Origin: an uncultured delta proteobacterium
GTDB taxonomy: Bacteria; Desulfobacterota; Binatia; UBA9968
NCBI GenBank assembly: GCA_963771465.1
Contig: CAVYTU010000008.1
Span: 1-64,000, forward strand
Direction: 5' to 3'
Length of the DNA: 64,000 nucleotides
Part shown: one piece after another, positions 63,214-64,000 of the stretch
How the letters are laid out: every line of letters begins with the position of its first letter
How positions within the stretch are numbered: position 1 is the stretch's first letter
Notes under the pieces: generated by a model
The model's input: only the letters and a program-made list of their open reading frames with translations
What the model was told of the DNA's origin: nothing
Database searches by the model: none
Made by a program: the position numbers and the translations under genes

Positions 63214-64000
63214 ATGGCGAATAAGACGGGCGGCGACGTATTCGACAGAGAACAGGCCGAGAAATTTCTTTACCCGGCGAAAGGGCTTGGCGGCGGCGGT
63301 CAGTTGGAAGTGCGTATGGAAGCGTCGCCGGATCATCCCGATCCCGATGTCCGCGGCGTGGCGCGCCGGGTAAAGTTTTTCAATCTCGAAAGCTGGCACA
63401 AAGAGTGGACCGAGGTGGCGGCGAAAAACCAAGAGCTTGCCGCTGGCTTCGAAGATGACAATCGCAAACAAACCGCTCATGAATTTTATTTGCGCGCCGC
63501 CGACTTTTATCGGCGCGCCGTGGTTTACATGCCGGAAAGCGACGCGCGCATGCTGCCGACTTACAAGAAACTCGAAGAAAACTTCGCCAAGGCGTGGAGC
63601 CTGGTCACCCCGCCTTTTGAACGAGTGGAAGTCCCCTACGAAGGCCACAAACTGCCGGCGCTCTTCTGGCCGGGACGCGGTAAGCCGGGAACAAAATTGC
63701 CGGTGGTCTATAACTACGGCGGCGCCGACGGCATCTTGCCGCGCGGCGAAGACGGCGGCGCCGGCCAATATACCCGGCGAGGGATGCATTTCATCGACGT
63801 CGACGGTCCCGGCCACGGCGGCACCTTGCGCCATCACAAACTCTACGCTCCGCCCGACTCCGACCGCGTCGCCAAAGCGGTCATTGATTATCTGATCACC
63901 CGCGCCGATGTCGATCCGAATCGCATTGGCCTGCACGGCTCGAGCATGGGCGGTTATTCCGGCCCCCGTTGCGCCACGGTCGAGAAACGCATCAAAGCCG
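63214..64000 (+). CDS. Alpha/beta hydrolase (FrsA/2,6-dihydropseudooxynicotine hydrolase-like), truncated by the window end
   Basis: Not in the ORF track. AGGAG RBS, ATG 63214, open to the end: ERVEVPYEG..LP, GGAD, DGPGHG, VIDYL..R.DVDP.RIG..GSSMGGY (GxSxG). Confidence 0.85.
   Translation, partial: MANKTGGDVFDREQAEKFLYPAKGLGGGGQLEVRMEASPDHPDPDVRGVARRVKFFNLESWHKEWTEVAAKNQELAAGFEDDNRKQTAHEFYLRAADFYRRAVVYMPESDARMLPTYKKLEENFAKAWSLVTPPFERVEVPYEGHKLPALFWPGRGKPGTKLPVVYNYGGADGILPRGEDGGAGQYTRRGMHFIDVDGPGHGGTLRHHKLYAPPDSDRVAKAVIDYLITRADVDPNRIGLHGSSMGGYSGPRCATVEKRIKA

Noticed and set aside
1-64000. CRISPR arrays, tRNA/rRNA, IS elements, prophage or defence genes
   Set aside because: No regularly spaced repeats, RNA-gene signatures, transposase, integrase or phage motifs seen by eye. 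A covariance-model scan was not possible.

Overview
Bacterial chromosomal window. The gene content suggests a Deltaproteobacteria/Binatia-like organism, but this is inference only. About 52 kb is one large surface-polysaccharide region. Its minus-strand part (~1-47,050) encodes a PEP-CTERM/exosortase-A-associated-type EPS locus: beta-barrel, Wza-like exporter, chain-length determinant, ExeA-like ATPase, tyrosine kinase, priming sugar transferase, deacetylase, WecB, FemAB-like protein, Stp1-like GT, two AsnB-like amidotransferases and an O-antigen-ligase-like protein. The same strand also carries rmlACBD, many GT2/GT4 enzymes, a Wzm/Wzt ABC exporter, and a CDP-glucose-derived C-methyl-sugar pathway with several methyltransferases. 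PrsK-PrsR and a UDP-sugar dehydrogenase lie divergently on the plus strand, head-to-head with a second kinase/sigma54-activator pair. Two well-formed sigma54 promoters and four TGT-N11-ACA boxes are visible. No exosortase, PrsT or PEP-CTERM protein occurs in the window. The right end is housekeeping: secA (with a ~270-aa helical insertion), murI, an SPL-like radical SAM gene, GT2, coxG, an Slt-type transglycosylase, a C26 amidohydrolase and a truncated alpha/beta hydrolase. Many genes, including murI, are split by indels that look like sequencing error. An FkbM gene with in-frame stops and a four-helix-bundle remnant look like real pseudogenes. I saw no tRNA, rRNA, CRISPR array or IS element. 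All family calls come from motif recognition by eye, not from database searches.
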